From the IMG/VR virus record IMGVR_UViG_3300031576_000002, positions 1 through 64,000 of that record: a DNA stretch of 64,000 bases; one strand, given 5' to 3'. The translations under genes were made by a program, and so were the position numbers. Each line of letters starts with the position of its first letter. Positions within the stretch are counted from its first letter, which is position 1. Shown here one piece after another: positions 7,967 to 16,570 of the stretch. The notes beneath the pieces were generated by a model, which did not search any database, had not been told where the DNA came from, and was given only the letters and a program-made list of their open reading frames with translations.

Positions 7967-9762
7967 CGCGCATCCTTCCTGCTAACCACAGCACGGGCCA
8001 GCGCGGCCGAAAGCCTGCTCTCCATCTGATAGTGTTCGAGCGTTCCATCAGCGGTGTCGAAGATCAGGTGGGCCAACTCGTGCGCGAGCGAATTCAGGTT
8101 GTGGAGCACGAACTTCCGCAGGGTTACAGCACTCAGAGCCCCACGGGTATTCGCGGGCCACATCGCCGCGCGAGCAAACACGATAGTCCCTGTCTCCCTC
8201 ACCGCAGCCGCCAGCACGGGCACGTTCCGTTTGATCGTCTTCTCCCCCAGACGGGCCGTGAGTACCTTCCGGATCTTCCCCGAAGCGAGCTGGATCTTCC
8301 GGCCGAAGATCGGCTGGCAGACCTCGTCCCACGCAGGCTGGAGCTTGGTCAACGGCCGGGCGTCAATCTTGTCCTCGAACTGCACCACTTGCTCCCACTG
8401 ATTGATATGGGGGCACTTCTCGCGAACGATCCGGGTACGGACGGGATCGCTCACGATGTAGAGCGGGATGTGGTAGTAGCGGCACAGTCCCACCAACCGC
8501 TTGTGCTGCTCGACTGCCCACGCCTGCGTCCAGAACCCCGGCTGGAGGCCCTTCTCGGGCCGCTGGACGGACCGCCCAGGCGTTCCTTCGACGGGGCTAG
8601 CCGCCGGCACTGCCTGCCCCGCAGAAGCCTCCCTGAGCAGGTTCAGCGCGTTCTGGACCACGCCCACGCTCACGGCCCCGGTCGAGCCAGTCTGGCCACT
8701 GTCCGCCTGCCCTTCGCCCGCTCCCGTACTGCGAAACGCTGCCGCAAGCAGCCGGGGATCGACTCCGGCGAGCAGCGTAGCCGTCTGCGCCGCCTCCCGG
8801 ACAATCTTGAGATCGTCCTCGTACTCGATCCGATCGTCCTCGACCGACGCCTCATCGTCCGAACCTTCGAGACACTTCCACTCCAACGCCTCCTCCACCA
8901 CTTTCGGATCGACATAGGGCGCAAGCGCGTAACCCAGCCGTGCCAGATCGTTCTCGGAGAGTGCAGCCACGCAAGCGTTCGCCGCTTGAGTGACCTCCTT
9001 ACGGATCCGCTTGAGCGTGTCCTCCCACTTCTGATTGGGGATCACGTCCTTGCGGTCGGGTGCCCGCAGGGTGATTCCCTTGCTGACTTCGATCACGCCC
9101 CGCAGATGGGGCAGCGCTTCGATGGTGCGGACAATCCGACCACGGTGGAGCAGAACCGGGTGGGTATCCGACTGCTCGACGAAGGTGATAGATCCCGAGA
9201 AGTTCACGCCCGAGACCCGGTACTGCTCAACTTCTTCCGGCCTCACCTTGGGCAGTACGGCCTCGTTCAGCAGGACCTCTACGTTCGGGACGTAGAGCGC
9301 TTCCTTGCGGATTGCCTCCCGGATGGCGTCGGTATCGACGCCGACGGTAAGGCGAATCTCGACCTCGAAGCCCTTCGGCCGGTTCCCGGTTTGGACTTCG
9401 ACGTCCAAGACACCAGTCTCGATCGTGCGGTCCACGTCCCAGGTCGCGCTCCAGCCCTGCGACTGGACGTCGATGCGGGACGCCACCGGCAAGATTGAGA
9501 AGAAGCCCTCGCCAAAAGGGTTCTCGATTGCCGCAGTCTCGGCATCCCAGCCCGAACGGCTGAGGGTGAAGACCTCGGACGGGTCGGAGCATCCGACCCC
9601 GTCATCCTCGACCAACAGGTAGTCGCCTTCGAGCCAGAACGAAATGCGGGACGCCTTGGCCCGCTGGGCGTTCTGGATCAGCTCCGCCACGAAAGTCGTG
9701 GCATGGTAGCCGGCACTCCGCAGCTTGCGAAGGTGCCCGGCGAGATCAATGCCGATTTGCAT
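7963..9762 (-). CDS. GHKL (Hsp90/MutL-like) ATPase with C-terminal HEXXH zincin motif
   Basis: ELIQNA, EDDGVG, FGEGF Bergerat motifs; LAHELAH near C-terminus. Confidence 0.8.
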   Translation of the reverse strand: MQIGIDLAGHLRKLRSAGYHATTFVAELIQNAQRAKASRISFWLEGDYLLVEDDGVGCSDPSEVFTLSRSGWDAETAAIENPFGEGFFSILPVASRIDVQSQGWSATWDVDRTIETGVLDVEVQTGNRPKGFEVEIRLTVGVDTDAIREAIRKEALYVPNVEVLLNEAVLPKVRPEEVEQYRVSGVNFSGSITFVEQSDTHPVLLHRGRIVRTIEALPHLRGVIEVSKGITLRAPDRKDVIPNQKWEDTLKRIRKEVTQAANACVAALSENDLARLGYALAPYVDPKVVEEALEWKCLEGSDDEASVEDDRIEYEDDLKIVREAAQTATLLAGVDPRLLAAAFRSTGAGEGQADSGQTGSTGAVSVGVVQNALNLLREASAGQAVPAASPVEGTPGRSVQRPEKGLQPGFWTQAWAVEQHKRLVGLCRYYHIPLYIVSDPVRTRIVREKCPHINQWEQVVQFEDKIDARPLTKLQPAWDEVCQPIFGRKIQLASGKIRKVLTARLGEKTIKRNVPVLAAAVRETGTIVFARAAMWPANTRGALSAVTLRKFVLHNLNSLAHELAHLIFDTADGTLEHYQMESRLSAALARAVVSRKDAR

Positions 9763-9991
9763 TTAGCCTCCTCTGATTCTGAAAAATTGCCAGCCGATCC
9801 TGCGGCGGCAGACCTTCGTACTTGCGCACGCAAGAGGGACGAGCACACAGGTAGAATCCTGGTCCGTCGCCACCTCCACAAACTTCCCCATCAGTGCAAT
9901 AGCTATCGCCCGTAGGACGGCCGCAGCCGTCGCATCTCGGCCCGTTCCGGTACCGACCGGTACGACTGTTCCGCTCTTCCCAGCGCGCCAT
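9746..9991 (-). CDS. Small Cys-rich (Zn finger) protein
   Basis: CDGCG...C...C...CARPSC; ATG at 9991 just downstream of promoter. Confidence 0.55.
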   Translation of the reverse strand: MARWEERNSRTGRYRNGPRCDGCGRPTGDSYCTDGEVCGGGDGPGFYLCARPSCVRKYEGLPPQDRLAIFQNQRRLNANRH

Positions 9992-9998
9992 GGTTAGT

Positions 9999-10027
9999 AG
10001 TCTAATGAGACTGCATCCAAGTGTCAA
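9999..10027 (-). promoter_or_regulatory. Sigma70-type promoter with overlapping AGTCT-N4-AGACT palindrome
   Basis: TTGACA-17 nt-TAGACT on minus strand; palindrome 9999-10012. Confidence 0.8.
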
Positions 10028-10389
10028 GAGGGCAAACTAAGAATCCTGTCGCAGCCGTCACACCAGATTTCGTACCTACTGCCTGCCCGCGCCTTCCAGC
10101 CCTCTCCTTCCGTCTCCCCGTAGAGCGGCGCAATCGAGCGCAGGCCGCACAGCGTTCTCTGCGGTCGCCGCTCGTTCACGAGATGGCGCGCCCACATGTA
10201 GCCTTCCGCCTGCCGGATCAGGTAGCGCGCCGGCTGCTCGGGCAGGTCCACGACTCCGCACGTCGGGCACGGATACTGCGGGTCGGGCGGAAGGGATCCG
10301 ATAAAGCGAGTGCTACAGGCCAGGCAACGGAATGCCAGGAGTGGCAGGCCGCCTTCTCCAGTAACGCTCAGATCAGTCTCGCCGCGCAT
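10024..10389 (-). CDS. Hypothetical Zn-ribbon protein
   Basis: CLAC, CPTC, CDGC motifs. Confidence 0.55.
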   Translation of the reverse strand: MRGETDLSVTGEGGLPLLAFRCLACSTRFIGSLPPDPQYPCPTCGVVDLPEQPARYLIRQAEGYMWARHLVNERRPQRTLCGLRSIAPLYGETEGEGWKARAGSRYEIWCDGCDRILSLPS

Positions 10390-10400
10390 CTTCTCCCCTC

Positions 10401-10955
10401 CTAGCTACCACGCTGCTGAATAAACGCCCCGACTGCTTTGGCAACTGCAATGCTCTGTCTTGCCTTGAAGCTTACAGAATGCTCCCAAAGTGTGTTGTAC
10501 GCACCATCCCAGAAGGGGCTCAGATCCCGCACGACTTGCAAGTTTGCCCGCAGATAAGCGATCTCCTCCTCAATCTCGGCAATCCTATGCCGAGCGTTGG
10601 CTATTTCTTCTGCGAGGCTTCGCTCGGCCTGGGCGTACTGTGAGAACTTTTTCAGAAAAAAGCAGATCGCCTCAGCCGCCTCTGCCTCCTCGGGGTCCGC
10701 TTCTGCCGCTGCGGCTCGATACTCGGCACAGCGCGCACACAGGTCCCGGTGGAAATCTCCTACACTCTTTCTGTACTCGATTCCAGTCTCCGTTCGCCTC
10801 GCGTAGGCTTGCGTATATTTCCAAGACCTTACCCGTACCCACCCGGTCGAGCACGGTTCGCTCGACGAAGCCCGCCCAGACAGACGGCGGTACCGCACAC
10901 TTGTAGACTCTTCCAATGCTTTGAGCTTCTTATCTGTAATCGTCGTGTTTGCCAT
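10401..10955 (-). CDS. Hypothetical protein with coiled coil
   Basis: SD AGAGGAGAGG before ATG 10955. Confidence 0.55.
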   Translation of the reverse strand: MANTTITDKKLKALEESTSVRYRRLSGRASSSEPCSTGWVRVRSWKYTQAYARRTETGIEYRKSVGDFHRDLCARCAEYRAAAAEADPEEAEAAEAICFFLKKFSQYAQAERSLAEEIANARHRIAEIEEEIAYLRANLQVVRDLSPFWDGAYNTLWEHSVSFKARQSIAVAKAVGAFIQQRGS

Positions 10956-11136
10956 TAACACCCTCTCCTCTTTTTGTGCGCTCCTTCTGCACACGACCGT
11001 AAGCTGCTTCCGCTTGCTCCCGAGTCGTCTCGATCCCTTCTCGCGCCTGCGTAGAAATAATACAGCGGACCATCAGCTCCCGCCACTTCACGGAGTCTGC
11101 CAGAATTTCCTTGATCGAGAGACGTCTCATGCTCAC
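10930..11136 (-). CDS. Small hypothetical protein
   Basis: GTGA overlap with upstream frame. Confidence 0.5.
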   Translation of the reverse strand: MSMRRLSIKEILADSVKWRELMVRCIISTQAREGIETTREQAEAAYGRVQKERTKRGEGVNGKHDDYR

Positions 11137-11366
11137 TGTTTCCCCCCTTGCGCCACCTTCACTTTCAGGCGGCGCTTTGCGTCTTTCAAGGTGGCCCCGT
11201 ACACCACTCCTTTACTCCAAGCGCCAATCCACTTATTCGTACCGCGCAAGATCAGGACCTCTCGCGGCGATCTATGCACTTCCCCCACGAACTCTGTACG
11301 CCAGGTGCCATCCGACAGTCGTCGGTCGTAGGCGTAGTGGTACCGTCCTTCAGAGCAGCGGAACCA

Positions 11367-11840
11367 CTACAAGACAGTAGCATCCTGTTTAACTGCGTAG
11401 CCCTGGGCATTCACGATTCTTCTAGCCCGCACGATCTTCTCCTTTCTAGCGCAAGCGCTCACGCACACTCGCTTGCAACTGCGCACCGGCAAAGCGCGGA
11501 CATAGCGGGAGGTGCCCTGATGGACAAAGTTGGAGTAGTCACCGTTGAGGGCGACAAAGGCCGCCTCCGAGCCGCGCGATTCCGATGTCCAGGCCAGGAT
11601 TAGTTTTGGGGCAACTCTGGCAATCTTCTTGGCCTCCGCAAGCGTCGGAAGGCGCCAGTCAGTGTGACCACCTTCCCTGCAACCCGTGGCATAGTCCACA
11701 GCTTGCTGCCAGGTCAGATAGCGGCTTGCCCTAAGCGCCACCTGCAATGTACCGCCTCCCGTCTTCGCACCTCGCTGCTTCGTAGAGGACGTAGCGGCCT
11801 TCTCCTTCTTCCTGAGCGTATTCAAATCAATCTTTTTCAT
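11367..11840 (-). CDS. DUF1566 (Lcl C-terminal, C-type lectin fold) protein; putative DGR target 1
   Basis: TWQQAVDYA...GGHTDWRLPT..E...WTS...RALPVR motifs. Confidence 0.8.
   Translation of the reverse strand: MKKIDLNTLRKKEKAATSSTKQRGAKTGGGTLQVALRASRYLTWQQAVDYATGCREGGHTDWRLPTLAEAKKIARVAPKLILAWTSESRGSEAAFVALNGDYSNFVHQGTSRYVRALPVRSCKRVCVSACARKEKIVRARRIVNAQGYAVKQDATVL
11481..11591 (-). repeat. Putative DGR variable region VR1 (paralogous to 31776-31886)
   Basis: Identical 23-nt and 19-nt blocks shared with VR2; internal differences at codon positions 1/2 of NNY codons. Confidence 0.75.
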
Positions 11841-11957
11841 CGCTCTCCTCCGTCACTCCCTCGCCGCAGCACGGCGAAGCGGGTTCGAGTTGAATATCGT
11901 TGCCGCAGTAGCCGTGAACCTCGTAGCGTCCAATGCCGCCGTCTATTACTTCTCTTG

Positions 11958-14144
11958 TCAAACCACTGCCTCTAAGGCACAGAAACGAGAATTTCCCAGA
12001 ATGGTCAAGCGCTTCTTGGCTCGCGTCACTGCGATAAAGATCAGGTTCTTCTCCTGCTTGCGTTCCCACTCTTTCTTAGCCTTGGGGTGAGGCAACAGAC
12101 TGGGCTCCAGGATGTACACGCTATCAGCCTCAAGCCCCTTCCCGCGGTGGATACTGCTACAAATCACGCCCACGGCATCGTCCGAAAACACCTGCCCGAT
12201 CTTGTCTTCGAGATCGGCTAGTGTCATCGCACCATCCGACAACGCGATCAGGGTGTCCACCTTGTCGTCCAGAGCGTCGGTCGGGCGATCCAGCGCTTCC
12301 AGCTTGGCCGCCTCGCGCGTGTGATACTCGTTCAGCCGCGTCAAGAAGTCCACGATAGAGGTGCCGCCCAGCTTGCGAATCAGGGCGATCAGGCCAGCGC
12401 CAATATCCCTCCCCATAATCGTCGCCTTCTTACCCTGACGAATGAGGCCGAACGCGACCGAGACCAGGGGGGCATTGCACCGGCAGAGAACCATGTCCCC
12501 TGCTGCCAGCAGGTTCAGGGCCGCCTCAACTTTCGGCTCAATCCGCACCTCCCCTTCGGGAGCCGCCGCGCTGGCCTCGATCTCCGGTACAAACTGCCGG
12601 GCCAGGCGAACCACAGCTTGCGGGCACCGATACGAAATGCTAAGCGGCAGTACCTCTGCCTTCAGCTCGTTGATGAGCCGGTCCACCGCTTCCGCATCCG
12701 CTCCGCGGAACGAGTAGCATGCTTGATTCGCGTCGCCCACCGCAATGATGCGCCCATTCGGAGTCAGACTGCGCTGCAAGAGGCGGATCTGCGCCAAGTT
12801 GAGGTCTTGGCATTCGTCCACAAAGATCGTGTCATACTGCGCCACGGCCAGCTCCAGTGTCACCGGCAGCCATATCTGGTCGTCAAAATCCAGCTTCGTC
12901 GCCGTCTCAAAGTCCTTGCAGCGGTTGAGCACATCGGCCGCGATTACGATTGCCGCGTCTGCATCGCCATTCACGTCCAGTCCGTAGCGATCGATCAAAG
13001 AAATCGCTGCATCCCGCTCACGGAGGTCCGTCAAGGTCGCCTTTGCCAGAGATACCAGACGCTCCACAGAACGGGACAGCTCCTTGATCGCTTCCAAGCG
13101 CAGGTCAAGACCCCGCTCGCTCACAAGGATCTGCTTGATGAAGTCACGAATACGTCCGTTCGCGGTGTACTCGACCCGCTTCCCACCCAACGCCTTGTTG
13201 ACCGCGCCCCACCCCAGACTATTCAACGTCGAGATGTGGGCCGCCGAATCCGGGAGCCGCTTCTTGATCTCATTGGCAATCGACTTGTTAAAGGCGCAGA
13301 ATGCCACCCGTCCCTTCGCCAGCGGGAGAGCGCGCACCACGGTGGAGGTCTTGCCACTGCCGGCGGTGGCACGAATGACGACATTGCCGTGTCCATGCTC
13401 GACCGCTGCGAATACCCGCGCCTGATAGAGGCTCGGAGTGTACCCAGGCTTGCTGTACCGGGCCACCAGCTCCTCGTCCGTCAGAATGACCGGAGCCTCT
13501 TCCACCGGCTTAGCCTCGACCGAGGCCGGCGCGTTGACCTCCTCCTCGCGCACCTTCTCGATCCGGAGGCCGCCCTTGCCGGCCGCCTCGATCGCCTTGG
13601 GGTCGGTGGAGGGCGCCTTCTCGGTTGCGCGGCCCTTGCAGCCCGTGGCCTTCCACGCGGCGCAGGCGCGGAAGGTGCGCTCCGCGCCGGTCGCCTTGTC
13701 CTTGTACGCCTTGACGTAGATCGAGGCGCCACAGGTCGAGCAGGTACCGACCTCGTCCCGGATCCACTCGCGCAGGATGTTGCACTTGTCGCGCAAGCGG
13801 TCGAACAGCGCCGCCTTGGCCTGCGCCTCGTCGAGGCCGGCCGCAGCCGTCCGGTAGACACGGGGCTGCTTCTCGCGGAGGGGGACATCGTGGCGGGCGT
13901 CCACCACCACGATGCGGATGGCGTCCTCGCCGCAGTCGCGGCTAATGCCGGTACGAGCGTCGAGCGAGGAGTAGACCTTGACCTTGGCGGTCAGGATCTG
14001 CCGCTCGTAGACCAGCTCGTCACCCTGCTTGGGCGCGAGCACGAGCTTGGAGAAGGCCGCCTCGAACTCAGCCTTGGAGAAGGCAACGTAGGCCGCAGCC
14101 GGAGCATCCGGGGCGTCCTTCTTGGTAGCGCTCTTCTTCGCCAT
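11958..14144 (-). CDS. SF1 UvrD/PcrA-like helicase with N-terminal extension and Zn ribbon
   Basis: ATAGSGKT, FVDECQD, GDANQACYSFRGA, SYRCP, IHRGKGLE, FIAVTRAKK. Confidence 0.9.
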   Translation of the reverse strand: MAKKSATKKDAPDAPAAAYVAFSKAEFEAAFSKLVLAPKQGDELVYERQILTAKVKVYSSLDARTGISRDCGEDAIRIVVVDARHDVPLREKQPRVYRTAAAGLDEAQAKAALFDRLRDKCNILREWIRDEVGTCSTCGASIYVKAYKDKATGAERTFRACAAWKATGCKGRATEKAPSTDPKAIEAAGKGGLRIEKVREEEVNAPASVEAKPVEEAPVILTDEELVARYSKPGYTPSLYQARVFAAVEHGHGNVVIRATAGSGKTSTVVRALPLAKGRVAFCAFNKSIANEIKKRLPDSAAHISTLNSLGWGAVNKALGGKRVEYTANGRIRDFIKQILVSERGLDLRLEAIKELSRSVERLVSLAKATLTDLRERDAAISLIDRYGLDVNGDADAAIVIAADVLNRCKDFETATKLDFDDQIWLPVTLELAVAQYDTIFVDECQDLNLAQIRLLQRSLTPNGRIIAVGDANQACYSFRGADAEAVDRLINELKAEVLPLSISYRCPQAVVRLARQFVPEIEASAAAPEGEVRIEPKVEAALNLLAAGDMVLCRCNAPLVSVAFGLIRQGKKATIMGRDIGAGLIALIRKLGGTSIVDFLTRLNEYHTREAAKLEALDRPTDALDDKVDTLIALSDGAMTLADLEDKIGQVFSDDAVGVICSSIHRGKGLEADSVYILEPSLLPHPKAKKEWERKQEKNLIFIAVTRAKKRLTILGNSRFCALEAVV

Positions 14145-14167
14145 AATAGATTCTCCTTTCACTTAGT

Positions 14168-14196
14168 AATCTAATAAGACTGCACCCACCTGTCAA
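14168..14196 (-). promoter_or_regulatory. Sigma70-type promoter with degenerate AGTCT-N4-AGACT palindrome
   Basis: TTGACA-17 nt-TAGATT; AATCT-AATA-AGACT at 14168-14181. Confidence 0.75.
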
Positions 14197-14233
14197 GAGG
14201 CCCCCGCACTATTTTTCCGGCCCTGCCAAAATG

Positions 14234-14398
14234 TTAATAAATTCGGCCGACTAGGAAGGCCGCCAGCACAAGTAAGAATCCGGCAGTGATACCTGCTGCG
14301 ATCTGGATTCTACGATTCCGACGGCGACGCTCGACCGCCCGGACTACCGCCTGCTCTTCGGCGGCTAGATAGAACGCTACCCAGACAGGATCCATCAT
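14234..14398 (-). CDS. 54-aa membrane protein (not in ORF track)
   Basis: Manual translation MMDPVWVAFYLAAEEQAVVRAVERRRRNRRIQIAAGITAGFLLVLAAFLVGRIY; ATGA overlap with upstream small ORF. Confidence 0.5.
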   Translation of the reverse strand: MMDPVWVAFYLAAEEQAVVRAVERRRRNRRIQIAAGITAGFLLVLAAFLVGRIY

Positions 14399-14544
14399 CC
14401 GACTTTCCAATCCACTCCCTGCTCTACTGCTCCAAAAAAAATCTCACAGGACAAGCCGCCTGTCCAGGGCCACGCAAAAAACAGAGGAAGCGCTTGTACC
14501 CACTTCACTACTTCCAGTACCCAGTAGTAGTCCCCCATCAGCAT
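14395..14544 (-). CDS. 49-aa hydrophobic protein (not in ORF track)
   Basis: Manual translation MLMGDYYWVLEVVKWVQALPLFFAWPW... Confidence 0.3.
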   Translation of the reverse strand: MLMGDYYWVLEVVKWVQALPLFFAWPWTGGLSCEIFFGAVEQGVDWKVG

Positions 14545-14730
14545 CCCAGGAGACCTTACATGCTCTCGCAGATTTCTGTAAAAATCCTCTTCAAGATTAT
14601 CTGTCTCAGATCATACATAGCAGGCTTCTAAAATCTCAGTACACGATTCCTGCCGGTCCTCTATACGCCAGCCCTTCTCGATACTCTCCAGAAAACTTCT
14701 CTTCGTGGTGGGCTCAAAGCTGCCCATACC

Positions 14731-15054
14731 TCAAATCTCCAGCCGCAAGTAGCGCAGCCACTCCTCAATCACGTAAGCAGTTGCGACCGCGCCGAACCCG
14801 AATGCGATTGGCTCAACTAACGGTTGCAGCGTCCAGCTCCAAGGCATCCACGCCAGCCGAAGCGCGGCGGCAATCCAAAAGCTCAGGCACAGCTTGCACG
14901 ACCAGGGCTTCCGCTCCCAGATGATCGGAAGCTGGCCTAGCAGCCGCACCAACGGCGGCGGCTGATCGGTCGTCTTGGCCGTCAGGAACGGAAGGTACTG
15001 CTCCGTAAAGAGATGCGCTGCGCCGTAAGCCGACAGCAAAAATACAAGTTCCAC
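14731..15054 (-). CDS. Membrane protein, DUF1360-like
   Basis: Hydrophobic segments and CKLCLSFW motif. Confidence 0.6.
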   Translation of the reverse strand: MELVFLLSAYGAAHLFTEQYLPFLTAKTTDQPPPLVRLLGQLPIIWERKPWSCKLCLSFWIAAALRLAWMPWSWTLQPLVEPIAFGFGAVATAYVIEEWLRYLRLEI

Positions 15055-15056
15055 GG

Positions 15057-15704
15057 TTACGCCATCCGTTTGTCTTGCTGCGAGTTGACTTCTGCACCTT
15101 CTGTAAACCGTCGAATTATATTCGCCTCCATCTCAGGACTCCAGTCATGCAATGTCCGATTTCCAACCCCTGCGCCATTCGGCCATTCCAGATGTCCGTG
15201 CGTCAGCTTCACCCGCTCAAAATACTGCGGATCTCTCAACTGCCCGTAGACAGAGCCAATCATTATTGGCCGGAAATCAATCGTCTTCTCTGTCCCGTCG
15301 TCGAACATCATCTGGATCACTCCATGTCGTACAATGCGGTAATCCAGAATTTGATAGAATCTTGGTGCAGCAGCTTTCTTACGCGAACGCTTCTCGTACG
15401 GAGCAATCCTGTTTGGATGCTGTCCTACCGAGAGAAGTTCCCAATTTGCAAGTAGCTCACTCGCATGCTCTCTCGCCCATAACTGCACTTCCTTCTCCGC
15501 CTTGATAGCATCTTCTGTCAGCCTGAACGCCGAGGGAATCTCGTACACTGCGCTGGTTCCGTCTGTAAGCTCTGCGTGAAAGTGCGGTAAATGGTGAGGT
15601 TCATCAAACTCCGCATTCACGTAAACCCGGACATTCTTCCAACGTGATACTTCCGCCATCGCTGCTCGTCTAAGCTGCCGGGTAACTTTCTGGAGCCGTT
15701 TCAA
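15057..15704 (-). CDS. DUF4160 (HicA-like)-DUF2442 fusion protein
   Basis: EPHHLPHFHAE...EVQLWAREHASELLANW, then 'IQMMFDDG..KTIDF...L.DPQYF..VKL..G.LEWPNG'; start TTG 15704 or ATG 15659. Confidence 0.75.
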   Translation of the reverse strand: MKRLQKVTRQLRRAAMAEVSRWKNVRVYVNAEFDEPHHLPHFHAELTDGTSAVYEIPSAFRLTEDAIKAEKEVQLWAREHASELLANWELLSVGQHPNRIAPYEKRSRKKAAAPRFYQILDYRIVRHGVIQMMFDDGTEKTIDFRPIMIGSVYGQLRDPQYFERVKLTHGHLEWPNGAGVGNRTLHDWSPEMEANIIRRFTEGAEVNSQQDKRMA

Positions 15705-16570
15705 GATGCACCCACTCTCCGAAAAAGATTCCAATGCTCCTGCGCAAATCGTTCCCATGTCAGATGTTTGACCAATCGCCCCTCTTCATCACTGTCGCGC
15801 AATCTGTCGAGGTACAATGACTGCACGACCTCTACCAAACTGGTCAACGATCCACGATTGTAATGAATCGCGGGATAGCTCACGGCGTAGCCAATCGGCG
15901 GAATGATCGTCTGCACTCCGCATGCAAGCGCTTCGAGCAGCGGTACGGGACCACCCTCGATGTCGGACGTGCAAAGCAGGTAGTCGAGCCCGGCGTAGAA
16001 CGCAGGCAGTTTCTCGATCTGGAACGGTTCGGCCGAAAGCCCCCAGCCTTCCCCCATGATCCGCAAGACCACATGCTCTCGCACCCAGGGGTCGAACGCA
16101 AAGCGATGAAGAAGGTCGCGTCCCTTGCGCGTATCGAGGTTGTTTGTGGGCATATCATAGGTGCGGCCTACGACTCCAAGCACGAGGCGAGGCTTGTAGA
16201 TTGGGTCAACTCCAAGCTCGATTACGGTGATCTTCTCTTCTGGAATCCCGAAACGAAGAAGATCTTGCTTGGTGTACTCGGACATCGCCACGCAGAAGTC
16301 AACCCGCTTGGCTACGTCAATGAAGATCGGGCCGAGGACTTTCGCGGAGTAGTGACAGAAGAAAGCCCCGGACTTTTTTGCGCGCCCTGGGATCCTATCA
16401 AAATAGCCGTAGTTAATCGAAAATCTGATCTCTGCGTCCAGCCAGTAGTTCTCGTTCCAGCGCACTTCGTCTGGCGCTGCGTCCCGGATAACGCGGGCGC
16501 ACTTCGGCAGAATCCAGTTGCCGGGCTCGGAACAGAGATTAACTTGCATTCTGACCGGCCTTCTTAGCAC
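15701..16570 (-). CDS. Glycosyltransferase, GT-B (GT4-like)
   Basis: DYLLCTSDIEGGPVPLLEALACG motif; TWERFAQEH terminus. Confidence 0.85.
   Translation of the reverse strand: MLRRPVRMQVNLCSEPGNWILPKCARVIRDAAPDEVRWNENYWLDAEIRFSINYGYFDRIPGRAKKSGAFFCHYSAKVLGPIFIDVAKRVDFCVAMSEYTKQDLLRFGIPEEKITVIELGVDPIYKPRLVLGVVGRTYDMPTNNLDTRKGRDLLHRFAFDPWVREHVVLRIMGEGWGLSAEPFQIEKLPAFYAGLDYLLCTSDIEGGPVPLLEALACGVQTIIPPIGYAVSYPAIHYNRGSLTSLVEVVQSLYLDRLRDSDEEGRLVKHLTWERFAQEHWNLFRRVGAS

Noticed and set aside
11367-11369. Genome-wide TAG recoding
   Set aside because: Conserved genes are full length under code 11, and TAG terminates several normal ORFs (e.g. 5060, 10401).
7939-14174. Long plus-strand ORFs (e.g. 7939-9498, 12321-14174; also 27695-28891, 41574-43001)
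   Set aside because: Antisense shadows of GC3-rich minus-strand genes with recognisable motifs; no motifs or SD of their own.
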